The translations under genes were made by a program, and so were the position numbers. Under the pieces are notes generated by a model. That model saw only the letters and a list, made by a program, of their open reading frames with translations, ran no database searches and was not told where the DNA came from. From contig JBAYJA010000001.1 of assembly GCA_041665345.1 (NCBI GenBank), positions 73,206-137,205 on the forward strand: a stretch of DNA of 64,000 bases, in the 5' to 3' direction. This document shows, piece by piece, positions 7,154 through 16,660 of the stretch; the stretch's first letter is position 1, and each line of letters begins with the position of its first letter. This stretch comes from Patescibacteria group bacterium. GTDB taxonomy: Bacteria > Patescibacteriota > Patescibacteriia > PEXW01.

Positions 7154-8245
7154 CTACACTCCGACGCGGAAATGCGCCACGTCGCCATCGCGCATGACGT
7201 ACTCTTTGCCTTCAATGCGCAGCAAGCCTTTGTCTCGGCAGCCAGACTCGCCGTACTGCACCAGATCTTTCCAATCCATTACCTCCGCACGGATGAATGC
7301 ACTTTCAAAATCGGAGTGGATAACCCCCGCCGCTTCTGGTGCCAGCGCACCTTGGCGGACAGTCCAGGCTTTGGTTTCCATTTCTCCAGAGGTGAAGAAG
7401 GTGAGCAGCCCCAGGGTGTGATACGCCTTCTTTATCAACCGGTTCAAGCCGGGTTCAGTGAGGCCTAAGTCTTTCAGGTACGCGTCAGCTTCCTCCGTTG
7501 TGAGCTCTGCAAGTTCTGCTTCAATTTTTGCTGAGATGACCAGCACATCCTCCACGTTGAATTTGTTCGCCTCGGCAAACTGTTTCTGAAGAGTGTCCGC
7601 ATTTTTTAATTCTGCTTCATCGGCGTTGATGACGTAGAGTACAGGTTTGCCAGACAAGAGCTGTAACTCCTTGATAAGCGGTCCCAAATCAGCATCTTCT
7701 CGAAACGTGCGAGCCGGGGTGCCAGCCGCCAACGCCTGTTCCAGTTTTTCCAAATGGGGGAGCTGTGCCACGCTGAGTTTATCTCCCGACTTCACTTTCC
7801 CCCGTGCTGTCTCCACCCGTTTCTTCACTGCCTCCAAATCCGCCAGAGCAAGCTCAGTGTCAATGGTAGCCACATCTTCAATCGGATTGACCCGGTTATC
7901 CACATGGATGACGTCGGGATCGGTAAAAGACCGAACCACGTGGGCAATGGCCGCCACCTCTCGAATGTTCGCCAAAAACTTGTTGCCCAAGCCTTCACCC
8001 TTGTGCGCGTCTTTCACTAAACCAGCAATGTCTACGAATTCAATAATCGTGGGCACAATTTTGCCCGACGCGCTGACCTTGGCCATGGGCGCCAGGCGTT
8101 CATCCGGCACTTCCACCACGCCCACGTTGGGATCTATGGTGGTAAAGGGGTAGTTTTCCGCGGGCACAGCCTTCTTCGTAAGGGCGCGGAATAAACTGGA
8201 TTTTCCGACGTTGGGGAGACCAACAATTCCTATTTGGAGTGACAT
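7154..8245 (-). CDS. ychF: Redox-regulated ATPase YchF
   Basis: GIVGLPNVGKS, NYPFTTIDPN, DIAGLV, GEGLGNKFL, EGKEYVMRDGD. Confidence 0.98.
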   Translation of the reverse strand: MSLQIGIVGLPNVGKSSLFRALTKKAVPAENYPFTTIDPNVGVVEVPDERLAPMAKVSASGKIVPTIIEFVDIAGLVKDAHKGEGLGNKFLANIREVAAIAHVVRSFTDPDVIHVDNRVNPIEDVATIDTELALADLEAVKKRVETARGKVKSGDKLSVAQLPHLEKLEQALAAGTPARTFREDADLGPLIKELQLLSGKPVLYVINADEAELKNADTLQKQFAEANKFNVEDVLVISAKIEAELAELTTEEADAYLKDLGLTEPGLNRLIKKAYHTLGLLTFFTSGEMETKAWTVRQGALAPEAAGVIHSDFESAFIRAEVMDWKDLVQYGESGCRDKGLLRIEGKEYVMRDGDVAHFRVGV

Positions 8246-8301
8246 GTTGTGGATACTACCAGGCTTCTGCACTTTCTCCTAGTCAGGTATACTATAGGCA
8301 T

Positions 8302-9300
8302 ATGTTTGAGAACATCCCATCGCCTTCGGGTTCTCCAAATCCAATTCCACCAACGCCACCCCCGCAGCCCTGGGCGCAACCCACGGGTGGGGTACCGCAA
8401 CCTGCAATGCCACCAGCACCAGTCCAGCCAATGCAGGATGGGAAAGACTGGGGACCGTTGAAGCCAATACGGAAAGTGCCCAAGCCTGGCGAAGAGCGCA
8501 TGCAGTCCACACTGGCGGTTGCAACCATGCCCCAGGTGGCGGATGTGGAAACCAAAACGAAGCTCGGTTTAATCTTAGGGCTGGTTGGCCTTGTCGTCAT
8601 CATTGGTGGTGGCACGGCAGCCTTTGTATTCTTTGGGAAGAAGACGGATGACTCGAAGCTGAACGATAACGCGAACAGCGTGGCTGTGCTGAGCAATGCC
8701 AACACGAACCGGTCAGTTTTCCCAGAGGGGAACAGCAATGTGAACCAGGCGGTGAATCAGAATGTAAATACTGCCGGAAATGTAAACACGGTAGGGAACG
8801 TCAATGCAGCGGGGAATGTGAATCAGGCTATTGTTCCAACTACTGCTGACACGGATAAGGATGGCATTTTTGATCAAGACGAGCTGTACTTGGGTACAGA
8901 CCCGGCCAAAACTGATACGGATGGCGATGGGTACTCTGACAGCAGTGAGCTACGTAAGGGGTATTCTCCTGTGAGTACTGCAGAGCTCACAGTTGCGAAC
9001 TACCACACCTACTGTACGGCGATGGTGGGTGGTGATGTCCCATTTGCTACTTGGACTAGCTCGGAAAGAGAAACGTACTGTACGAACTCGGAGACAGCGA
9101 CGAGCCGGCTCCTTCCTCAGCAAAGATCATTAGATACCGCTGCCTTCACGCAGCTGGTTGGCGACGAAATAAACACGACAAAAACTTTTTGCACGGAACT
9201 CTTCTCCCAAGTCACCAATGAGCAAGAGACAAAGGCAAAAAACTGTGTCTTTAGTCTCAGTAGTAGTTTTGCGGTTTTCTTTCAGCTCCCAGCCTCTTAA
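8302..9300 (+). CDS. Membrane-anchored surface protein with Asn-rich linker and TSP3-like Ca-binding repeats
   Basis: Pro-rich N-terminus, one TM helix, NVN repeats, DTDKDGIFD and DTDGDGYSD. Confidence 0.75.
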   Translation: MFENIPSPSGSPNPIPPTPPPQPWAQPTGGVPQPAMPPAPVQPMQDGKDWGPLKPIRKVPKPGEERMQSTLAVATMPQVADVETKTKLGLILGLVGLVVIIGGGTAAFVFFGKKTDDSKLNDNANSVAVLSNANTNRSVFPEGNSNVNQAVNQNVNTAGNVNTVGNVNAAGNVNQAIVPTTADTDKDGIFDQDELYLGTDPAKTDTDGDGYSDSSELRKGYSPVSTAELTVANYHTYCTAMVGGDVPFATWTSSERETYCTNSETATSRLLPQQRSLDTAAFTQLVGDEINTTKTFCTELFSQVTNEQETKAKNCVFSLSSSFAVFFQLPAS

Positions 9301-10124
9301 TTCTCAGCTAGTCGCAGAGTTCGCTCCAGCAGCATCGCCACGGTCACGGGCCCAACGCCGCCAGGTACGGGTGTTAGCCAGCCGGGCTGATTTGCCATAC
9401 TCGCTGCGTCCACATCGCCCACCACTTTCCCGTCTACACGGTTAAACCCCACGTCAACAATAATGACGTCTGGTTTGGTATGTTCAGCTTTGAGGAAACC
9501 AGCTTTGCCAAGGGCAATGACAATGAGGTCGGCGTCTTTTGTTGCTTGGGCAAAGTCACGGAAGGGGGGGTAGAGCAAGGTCACGTCCAAACCTGCACGG
9601 GTGAGCAGCATGGCCATGGGTTCGGCGAAGATGGGGCCATTTGCCAGCACCACCGCTTTTTTTCCGTCTAGAGGTACGCCGGGAACTTGTGCCAAAGCCA
9701 AGACACCTTCGCACAAGCCAGGAGCCAGTGCACCCGGCACATTCTGCTTGTAGCGTTCCAGGTTGGTTTTGTGAAAGCCGTCTGCGTCTTTTGCGGGATC
9801 AATGGCGGAAACCACCGTGTCAGCATTCAGCTGGTTTGGCAGCGGGAGCTGGACAATCATGCCACTGATAGCTGCGTTGGCATTGAGTGCTTGGATTTTT
9901 TGCACCACCGTTGCTTCATCCACTGTTGCGGGAAAGCGGTGTACTTCGGCATGGATGCCAACCTGTGCAGCAGCTTCTTCTTTGAGGCGAACGTAGGTGA
10001 CGGAAGCTGGGTCGTCACCAACCAAAACAATTGCTAAGCCAGGTCGGGTGCTGCTTGCGGCGCAGTGTGTCTTCACACTGCTGAGTATGCTATTAGCTAA
10101 TGCACGACCGTCAATCTTCTGCAT
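9297..10124 (-). CDS. folD: Methylenetetrahydrofolate dehydrogenase/cyclohydrolase
   Basis: IDGRALA, VGDDPAS, VQLPLP, KDADG, TPVPGGVGPVTVAML. Confidence 0.97.
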   Translation of the reverse strand: MQKIDGRALANSILSSVKTHCAASSTRPGLAIVLVGDDPASVTYVRLKEEAAAQVGIHAEVHRFPATVDEATVVQKIQALNANAAISGMIVQLPLPNQLNADTVVSAIDPAKDADGFHKTNLERYKQNVPGALAPGLCEGVLALAQVPGVPLDGKKAVVLANGPIFAEPMAMLLTRAGLDVTLLYPPFRDFAQATKDADLIVIALGKAGFLKAEHTKPDVIIVDVGFNRVDGKVVGDVDAASMANQPGWLTPVPGGVGPVTVAMLLERTLRLAEN

Positions 10125-10126
10125 GA

Positions 10127-10169
10127 GTTACGAATTACGAATAGATACTACGAAAATACGAATTACGAA
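10127..10169 (-). repeat. TTCGTA x5 array directly upstream of folD ATG
   Basis: TACGAA on + at 10129, 10136, 10149, 10157, 10164. Confidence 0.85.
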
Positions 10170-10353
10170 AAGGATATGTATGTAGAGAAGAGGAATTTTG
10201 ATGGAGGGGGTCGCCACCCACCCACCTTCGCCGAAGCGGCTTCGCGCAGGCAGGTATCGGTATACGGCATCGTCAATCGCGTAACGTACCGAGTACCGGA
10301 TCCGAAGCCTTACTTACGATACAGGCTGCGACACCGTCCTACGTTAGCCGAGT

Positions 10354-11652
10354 TTATTTCTTGGGGAAAGAACTTCGCTGTTCCACAATCTCCCTCTCAG
10401 CGTACCACATTTGGCGCAATTCACCGGCAAGGTAGAAGGAGCCGGTGATGAGTATGGCATCAGCCGGTGTGGCTGAACGGCGGGCTGAACGAAATGCCTG
10501 CAGGGAGGTGTGGTGCATGGAGGTTCGTTTTTTCGTTCCTAATGCTCGGAGTGCATTTGCTAATTCTCGCGGTTGGAGTGCTGGGGGATAGGGCTGACTA
10601 GATGCCGTGCAAAACCAGCCTGTCACTATGGGCAGCAGCGGCCGGAGGATACGCTGAGGTTTTTTGTGCGCGGTAATGCCAATGATGCATTTGACCTTTC
10701 GTATTCCTTGGGTGCGGAGGGCGGCTACCAGAGCCTGGGCTTTCAGCTGGTTATGACTCCCGTCAATGATGACCGGCAAGCGGTCAGGCATGCGTTCCAC
10801 TCGAGCCGGGAGACGGAGGTGGCGCAAGGTTGTCTGGATCACCTCAGGCTTGAGTTGTAAGAACTGGCAGGCAGCCTGGATGATTGCTGCATCTAGTTGG
10901 CTTGCTGGGCCCCGGAGAGTGCCAACCTGCAGTTTTGTCGAAGGACGCACCACGGTCACTTTTGCCCGCGCCTGCCTAGCCTGCTGTTGAATGATGCCCA
11001 ACAGTTTTGGTTCAGTCACGCCGGTGATTACCGTACAGCCAGGTTTGATGATTCCGGCTTTTGCGCGGGTGATAGCTTTTCGCGTCCGGCCCAGGATCCG
11101 TTCATGGTCCATGCCAATAGCAGTGATGATTGCTAGCTTCGGCGGGCGGATGATATTCGTAGGGTCATTTTTCCCGCCCGCGGCCACTTCAATGACCGCC
11201 CACTGGATTTTGCGTTTCTGGAAGATGAGTAAAGCCATGGCAAACAGCGCTTCAAAGTGTGAAGGCTGGAATTTTTTTGCAAGTGTACGAATTGCCTTCT
11301 GCACTTTCGCAAACGCCCAGAGAAAATCTTGCACCGATGTTAGTTTGGCGCCGACGGTTATACGTTCCAGGGTGGTGGTCACGTGTGGAGAGGTGAATGT
11401 GCCAACGCGTTCTCCTGCAGCGTGCAAGGCTGCGGCAATACCCGCGACCACCGTGCCTTTGCCCGCTGTCCCGGTCACGTGGACGTACCGGAACCCTCGC
11501 TCCGGATTTCCAAGCAGGTCAAGCAGTGCCTGGGTCCGCTGCAGACCCAAGGCAGGATCCACGCTTCGGGGCATAAAAACCTGCTGTGGCAAAGCCTCCA
11601 GGAATTTCTGGCTGCGTCGGTAGGCGTGAAAGTGAGCAGGGGAGAGTGCCAT
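10354..11652 (-). CDS. folC: Folylpolyglutamate synthase/dihydrofolate synthase
   Basis: HVTGTAGKG, FTSPH, DPTN, KAGIIK, IDGSHN, TGSFYLAG. Confidence 0.92.
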   Translation of the reverse strand: MALSPAHFHAYRRSQKFLEALPQQVFMPRSVDPALGLQRTQALLDLLGNPERGFRYVHVTGTAGKGTVVAGIAAALHAAGERVGTFTSPHVTTTLERITVGAKLTSVQDFLWAFAKVQKAIRTLAKKFQPSHFEALFAMALLIFQKRKIQWAVIEVAAGGKNDPTNIIRPPKLAIITAIGMDHERILGRTRKAITRAKAGIIKPGCTVITGVTEPKLLGIIQQQARQARAKVTVVRPSTKLQVGTLRGPASQLDAAIIQAACQFLQLKPEVIQTTLRHLRLPARVERMPDRLPVIIDGSHNQLKAQALVAALRTQGIRKVKCIIGITAHKKPQRILRPLLPIVTGWFCTASSQPYPPALQPRELANALRALGTKKRTSMHHTSLQAFRSARRSATPADAILITGSFYLAGELRQMWYAEREIVEQRSSFPKK

Positions 11653-11679
11653 AGGGTAAAGAAGAGAGCCGCTTGAAGT

Positions 11680-12321
11680 TTAATCAGAGCGGCTCTGGGA
11701 AGCAAGGTGCTTGCGAAGGAAGGCCAGGAATTCCCTGGGCGTCGAAAAGCTCAGCAGCGTGTCCGGTAGTACCACAACGGTTACTTGATGGACATTGGGC
11801 AAGAGTCTGCGAATGGCCATCACCGGGTGGACAAGGTTAGCTATAGGAATCTCCGTTACTTTTTTGGAGCCATTCCCGGCATGCATGCAGCTCGTTGGGC
11901 TGGTGGCTAGTGCCACGTGGCCAATCCCCTCGGGGAAATCCTTGTGTCGCCACGCACGTGGCCCAGACGTGAACAGTAAGTCGCCGGCCTGGGGTTCGGT
12001 CACCGCTACTCCTGCTTCAATCTGCAAATGCGTGTAGCGTTCCAAAAAAATGCCCGCATGGGCGTACACGATTTTTGTGAGGCTGGAGCAATCAAAGGCG
12101 GTAGGTGCCAAGGCAATTGCCGCACCTAAACGGCTGGGTGTATCCAGAAATGTTCTGGCTACCTGCATCAGGTCATGCGTAACCAGTCGGCAGCTGAGAT
12201 CGCCGAAGATTTTTTCCACAACCACTAGGGGTAATGGCGATGACCGACTGAGCTCCTGCAGCGCGGTTGGAATGTCCAAGGCAAGGAAGCCTAAGGTCGG
12301 ATGAACGTCGCGGAGTTGCAC
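11680..12321 (-). CDS. NlpC/P60 family peptidase-like protein
   Basis: FDCSSL, GDLLF, GHVAL, MHA catalytic motifs; GTG start chosen after SD AAAGGAG. Confidence 0.75.
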   Translation of the reverse strand: MQLRDVHPTLGFLALDIPTALQELSRSSPLPLVVVEKIFGDLSCRLVTHDLMQVARTFLDTPSRLGAAIALAPTAFDCSSLTKIVYAHAGIFLERYTHLQIEAGVAVTEPQAGDLLFTSGPRAWRHKDFPEGIGHVALATSPTSCMHAGNGSKKVTEIPIANLVHPVMAIRRLLPNVHQVTVVVLPDTLLSFSTPREFLAFLRKHLASQSRSD

Positions 12322-12502
12322 AGGCACTCCTTTCTGGTTGCAAGGTTCAGGGTTTATTCTGGGGCTACTGTAGCGGAGTGTAGGCGAGTCGGCAAGGATC
12401 GGGGTATGGAAGCTAGTTAGGGTTTTGAAGGAGGGCATTTGTATACTTTTTACCTATATCCTTCCATCCAACAACCATTCTAGCGTCAAAACCTAAACCT
12501 AA

Positions 12503-13057
12503 TTAATCTAGCAACGTCTTCCACCCCTTCATCCGCACCACGTACGCGGCACGGGTGATGAAGTACGCCAGCACCGGATCTTCTACCTTACCAGTCATGG
12601 CCAGTTCCTCGGCTTTGGCTAAGGGCATTGGTACTGGCCGAATGTCTTCCCCCGGGTCACCCGGAAGTTTGGATGGTGTAAGACCAGTGGCGATGAAAGC
12701 CATTATTGGCCAGTGCTTGTGCCGCGGGGAGCGGTAGAAGAGCTTGAGCTTCTTAGCCTTGAACCCGGCTTCTTGCTGCAGTTCAAGTTGCGCAGCTTGC
12801 TTGGGTGTGTAGCCCTTGTCCACTTTGCCAACCACCAGGTGCCAGATGTGCCGCCGGGCAAGCTCTTTGTATTCCCGAGTCATTACCAGCCGGCGTTTGG
12901 CATCAAACGCTAGAACTACGGCCGTGGGGACGCGGTGTAGGTACTCAAAGGTTTTCTTCTGGCCATCCGGCAGCGTCGCAGTTGTGTGGCTGATGTTGTA
13001 GATGATTCCCTTGAAGACCATGCGGTGCTTGCCCAGGGTGGTATGTTTACGTGTCAT
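12503..13057 (-). CDS. NUDIX hydrolase (ADP-ribose pyrophosphatase-like)
   Basis: GKVDKGYTPKQAAQLELQQEAG Nudix box. Confidence 0.85.
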   Translation of the reverse strand: MTRKHTTLGKHRMVFKGIIYNISHTTATLPDGQKKTFEYLHRVPTAVVLAFDAKRRLVMTREYKELARRHIWHLVVGKVDKGYTPKQAAQLELQQEAGFKAKKLKLFYRSPRHKHWPIMAFIATGLTPSKLPGDPGEDIRPVPMPLAKAEELAMTGKVEDPVLAYFITRAAYVVRMKGWKTLLD

Positions 13058-13077
13058 AATTGTAGTGTACGCATTCC

Positions 13078-13106
13078 TTGACAGGCGCACAACTCAGGCG
13101 TAAGGT
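13078..13106 (+). promoter_or_regulatory. Promoter TTGACA-17-TAAGGT
   Basis: Direct match; AGAGGAGG SD downstream. Confidence 0.65.
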
Positions 13107-13142
13107 CGAGGCAGAAAATCGTCTCTTTACAGAGGAGGAAAC

Positions 13143-13520
13143 GTGAAAACCGTAGTAATGGAGCAGCTTGACGGAAGATCGCAAACTCTGGATCTGCCTG
13201 AACTCACTGATGAGCAGCTGCATGATTTAGCCGACGCCCTGGAGATTTTGCGGGGCAATTGTTCTATGAGCCCTCGAAAGTTACAAGGCGAGCATGCTCG
13301 TATTGCCTCGTTGGTGCTTCGGGGGATGCCATTTGACCAGCTGATTGACCAACTCCATGGCCAGCCTACAGGAAGGCGAGACGTTCGGTGGGATATTATC
13401 AGAATGCCAGATCAATTCTTTTGGCGATTTATGCTTCTTGCATATGAAGTCGCTCAAGATAGTACCATTTGCTTGAAGTCCTTAGAACGCGTGGTAAAAG
13501 ACTTCGGGCTTTCATCGTAG
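13143..13520 (+). CDS. Hypothetical protein (inserted unit)
   Basis: 125 aa, own promoter, SD and terminator at about 13546..13575. Confidence 0.7.
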   Translation: MKTVVMEQLDGRSQTLDLPELTDEQLHDLADALEILRGNCSMSPRKLQGEHARIASLVLRGMPFDQLIDQLHGQPTGRRDVRWDIIRMPDQFFWRFMLLAYEVAQDSTICLKSLERVVKDFGLSS

Positions 13521-13591
13521 GATGTCAAACGAATTTTGATCATTAGAAAGCCGTCTCTCTCGAGACGGTTTTTTTCATCCAAGATACCAAA

Positions 13592-14857
13592 TTAGTACAG
13601 CGGATGTGCCTGAGTCAAACTCTTCACCTGCACCCGCGCAGCATCTAAGACTGCTGTATCACCAGGATGTTTGAGGACGTTCACCATGACCTCGCCAATG
13701 ATTTTCATGTCAGCTTCGGTAAAGCCACGCGTGGTAAGCGCGGGTGTGCCCAGGCGAATTCCAGATGGGTCCAGCGGTTTGCGGGTGTCGTAGGGGATGA
13801 GGTTGGCGTTGAGGGTAATGCCAACCGTGTCCAGCAAACGCTCAGCTTCTTTGCCGGTAATGTTGTACGGTGAAACATCCGCCAGAATCAGGTGGTTGTC
13901 CGTGCCGCCGGTAATCAGTCGGAGACCAGCACTGGTAAGCGCTTCGGCTAGCACTTGGGCATTTTTTACAATCTGTTTTCCGTACTCCATGAAGCTGGGT
14001 TGGCTGGCTTCCAGTAAGGCTACGGCAATAGCCGCGGTTTGATGATTGTGTGGTCCACCTTGCAGGCCGGGGATAATGGCTGAGTCAATTTTTTGGGCTA
14101 GGTTTTTCTTTGCCTCAGGCCGGAGGCGATCCGCCACCTTAGGCACCAGGATCATTGCTCCGCGTGGACCGCGGAGGGTTTTGTGCGTGGTGGTCATGAC
14201 CACATCGGTATACGGAACAGGGGAGGGATGGACGCCAGCGACGACCAAACCGCTGATGTGGGAAATGTCCGCGACCAAGTACGCGCCCACTTCGTCGGCA
14301 ATTTTGCGAAACGCAGCAAAGTCAATAATCCGTGGATAGGCGGTGGCGCCGCACATGATGAGCTTTGGCTTCACTTCCACGGCTTTGGCGCGGATGGCAT
14401 CGTAGTCCAAGCGATGCGTTTCCGGATGGACGCCGTACCCTGCGCTGTGGAAGAATTTTCCAGAAACATTGAGCTTGTACCCATGCGTCAGGTGCCCGCC
14501 CTGCGCCAGGTCCATACCAAGAATGGTGTCCCCGGGCTCCAGCAAGGCAAAGTAAATGGCCAAGTTCGCCGGCGAACCAGAGTAAGGTTGGACATTCACG
14601 TGCTCCACGCCAAAGAGTTTCTTCGCACGTTCCCGTGCAAGTTCCTCTACTTGGTCAATGACCTGGTTGCCGCCATAGTACCTGCGGCCAGGGTAGCCCT
14701 CGCTGTACTTGTTGGTCAGGACTGAGCCCATGGCTTCCATCACTGCTTGGCTGGTGAAGTTTTCCGATGGAATCATTTCCAAACCCTCGCGTTGGCGGGC
14801 GAGTTCCTGCTGGATGAGTTCAGCAATCGCGGGGTCGGTTTGTTGGAGGGTGGACAT
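13592..14857 (-). CDS. glyA: Serine hydroxymethyltransferase
   Basis: TNKYSEGYPGRRYYGG, GGHLTHG, TTTHKTLRGPRG, GIRLGTPALTTRG. Confidence 0.98.
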   Translation of the reverse strand: MSTLQQTDPAIAELIQQELARQREGLEMIPSENFTSQAVMEAMGSVLTNKYSEGYPGRRYYGGNQVIDQVEELARERAKKLFGVEHVNVQPYSGSPANLAIYFALLEPGDTILGMDLAQGGHLTHGYKLNVSGKFFHSAGYGVHPETHRLDYDAIRAKAVEVKPKLIMCGATAYPRIIDFAAFRKIADEVGAYLVADISHISGLVVAGVHPSPVPYTDVVMTTTHKTLRGPRGAMILVPKVADRLRPEAKKNLAQKIDSAIIPGLQGGPHNHQTAAIAVALLEASQPSFMEYGKQIVKNAQVLAEALTSAGLRLITGGTDNHLILADVSPYNITGKEAERLLDTVGITLNANLIPYDTRKPLDPSGIRLGTPALTTRGFTEADMKIIGEVMVNVLKHPGDTAVLDAARVQVKSLTQAHPLY

Positions 14858-14886
14858 ACAGGGAGTGTAGCGGGTTTATTATCGTA

Positions 14887-14914
14887 TTGACAACAGGGGA
14901 TAGTGCGCTAAGGT
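14887..14914 (+). promoter_or_regulatory. Promoter TTGACA-16-TAAGGT
   Basis: Direct match; AGAGGAGG SD before 14957. Confidence 0.6.
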
Positions 14915-14956
14915 ACGGGTAAACTCGAAAACAAAAACTTATAGCAGAGGAGGAAA

Positions 14957-15445
14957 ATGTACCTTACGGAAATTCCAGAAATGCTTTTTCGTGCCTTTGG
15001 GCAGAAACCGGTGCAACGTGAGGGGAAAGCGGTGGCTCAGCTTGTACATGGGTCAGTGATCGTCCTGAGGCTGGCAGCTGAAGAAAATCAGGTCAGTGTC
15101 TATCCCAATGAGCGGCTGGCGCTGAACACAGATGACGAAGATCATCCCGATTTTACCCTCAGCGCGGTTGAACTCATGACCAAGAATTTTCATTCCAAAT
15201 TTGGTAATGAAGTGCAGACACGAATTATCCACCGACTTCGAGACAGCGAGAGTTTGCTGCGAAACCCAAACGGCGTGACGGTGTATAAGATTCTGGCGCG
15301 GGCGGCGGAACTTGCCTGTGGATCCGGCTGCCTGACCCAAGCGTGGTGGAAAGATTTTCCCAAGCAGAAGTGGGATTTTCCGGCTAGTCCATGGGAGCAA
15401 TTCTACCTTCGTTCGGCAGAGCACATTCCAACCCAAGAAAAGTAA
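14957..15445 (+). CDS. Hypothetical protein (inserted unit)
   Basis: 162 aa, own promoter, SD and terminator. Confidence 0.7.
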   Translation: MYLTEIPEMLFRAFGQKPVQREGKAVAQLVHGSVIVLRLAAEENQVSVYPNERLALNTDDEDHPDFTLSAVELMTKNFHSKFGNEVQTRIIHRLRDSESLLRNPNGVTVYKILARAAELACGSGCLTQAWWKDFPKQKWDFPASPWEQFYLRSAEHIPTQEK

Positions 15446-15452
15446 AACAGTA

Positions 15453-15524
15453 TCCTGGTCACAATGGCCAGGATTTTTTTTCGAATAGAAAAACGCGCAC
15501 TCGTGGGTTACGATGGTGCGCGTT
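15453..15524. terminator. Back-to-back convergent terminator pair, homologous to 41484..41552
   Basis: TCCTGGTCA-caa-TGGCCAGGA-T7, then AAAAACGCGCAC...GGTGCGCGTT. Confidence 0.7.
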
Positions 15525-15529
15525 GGGGG

Positions 15530-16552
15530 TCAAGAGCGTTTTACATTGTCTGCAATGAGCTGGTTGATGTTTGCGTGTACAGCCGATCGAGCGGCAGCGA
15601 TAGCACTGAGAATTGCTTTGGGCGTGGATTTGCCGTGGGCAATAATGACGGTGCCCTGAATACCCAAGAGGGGAGCGCCGCCATACTTCTCAACGTCGAA
15701 GGTTCGTTTGAGGGCTCCGATCGTTGGTCCCAGGAAGACTCCTTTGGCGAGTAAGGCGAAGCCCTGTTGGTCGAGTCTGCCACGACGAAGAATTTTCTTT
15801 ACAATCGCATTGAGGGCTGGCAGGAAACTCTCCGCTAGTTTAAGCAAGATGTTTCCGGTAAATCCATCGGTAACCATGACATCGGCTTTGCCCCACAGAA
15901 TATCACTCCCTTCAAGATTTCCGATGAACCGATGCTCATTGTGCGTCGTCATCGCTTGCAGCAGTTCGTGGGCCTTCCGAGTAGCGTCGTTTCCTTTGGC
16001 AGGTTCTTCTCCAATGCTGATGAGCGCAATCCGAGGGGTTTTAATTCCGAGGATATGCTGGGCGTAGATACTACCCATCATCCCGAAGTCGGCAAGCTGC
16101 TGGGGCGTGCAATCAACACTGGCGCCAACATCGAGAATGACACAGGGCCCCTCCACAGTTGGCATGGTGACTGCAATGGCGGGACGCTCAATGCCAGGCA
16201 ATGGTCGGAGCGTTACTACAGCCAAAGCCATGACCGCCGCAGTATTGCCCGCACTAATGAAAGCCTGGGATTGTCCCAGGGTTTGCTGCTCGAGTCCAAG
16301 CATGATGGACGATCGGCGTTTCCGCCTGGCGCTTTCCAGTTTTTCGTCCATCGCGATAACCTCGGATGCATCGCAGATATGCAATCGAAGATTCGAATAT
16401 GTTTTACCCTTGAGGTACTCCTGAATGACTCCGCTGTCGCCAATAAGATTGATAGAGAAGTCCTGAGGCAGTTCCTGTAAGGCAAGCAGCGCGCCATCTA
16501 TTGGGACGTCAGGGAAGCTGTCGCCACCCATAGCATCAACGGTAATAATCAT
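15530..16552 (-). CDS. plsX: Phosphate acyltransferase PlsX
   Basis: VDAMGGD, SAGNT, GIERPAI, LDVGA, IGEEPAKG, VTDGFTGN, YGGAPLLG, HGKS; start set at ATG 16552 after AGGAG. Confidence 0.93.
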   Translation of the reverse strand: MIITVDAMGGDSFPDVPIDGALLALQELPQDFSINLIGDSGVIQEYLKGKTYSNLRLHICDASEVIAMDEKLESARRKRRSSIMLGLEQQTLGQSQAFISAGNTAAVMALAVVTLRPLPGIERPAIAVTMPTVEGPCVILDVGASVDCTPQQLADFGMMGSIYAQHILGIKTPRIALISIGEEPAKGNDATRKAHELLQAMTTHNEHRFIGNLEGSDILWGKADVMVTDGFTGNILLKLAESFLPALNAIVKKILRRGRLDQQGFALLAKGVFLGPTIGALKRTFDVEKYGGAPLLGIQGTVIIAHGKSTPKAILSAIAAARSAVHANINQLIADNVKRS

Positions 16553-16660
16553 GCGTTCTCCTATCGAACATTGTGAAACTTCAATTTTTGGAGTGTGAAA
16601 AGTAACCTCCTTTTGGTGTTGGAGGCATTTTGGCACACCTGTGCCAGGGGTCAAGCTGGC

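Noticed and set aside
10172-10353. THF or ZTP riboswitch before folD
   Set aside because: Consensus nucleotides were not found by eye; kept only as a low-interest structured spacer.
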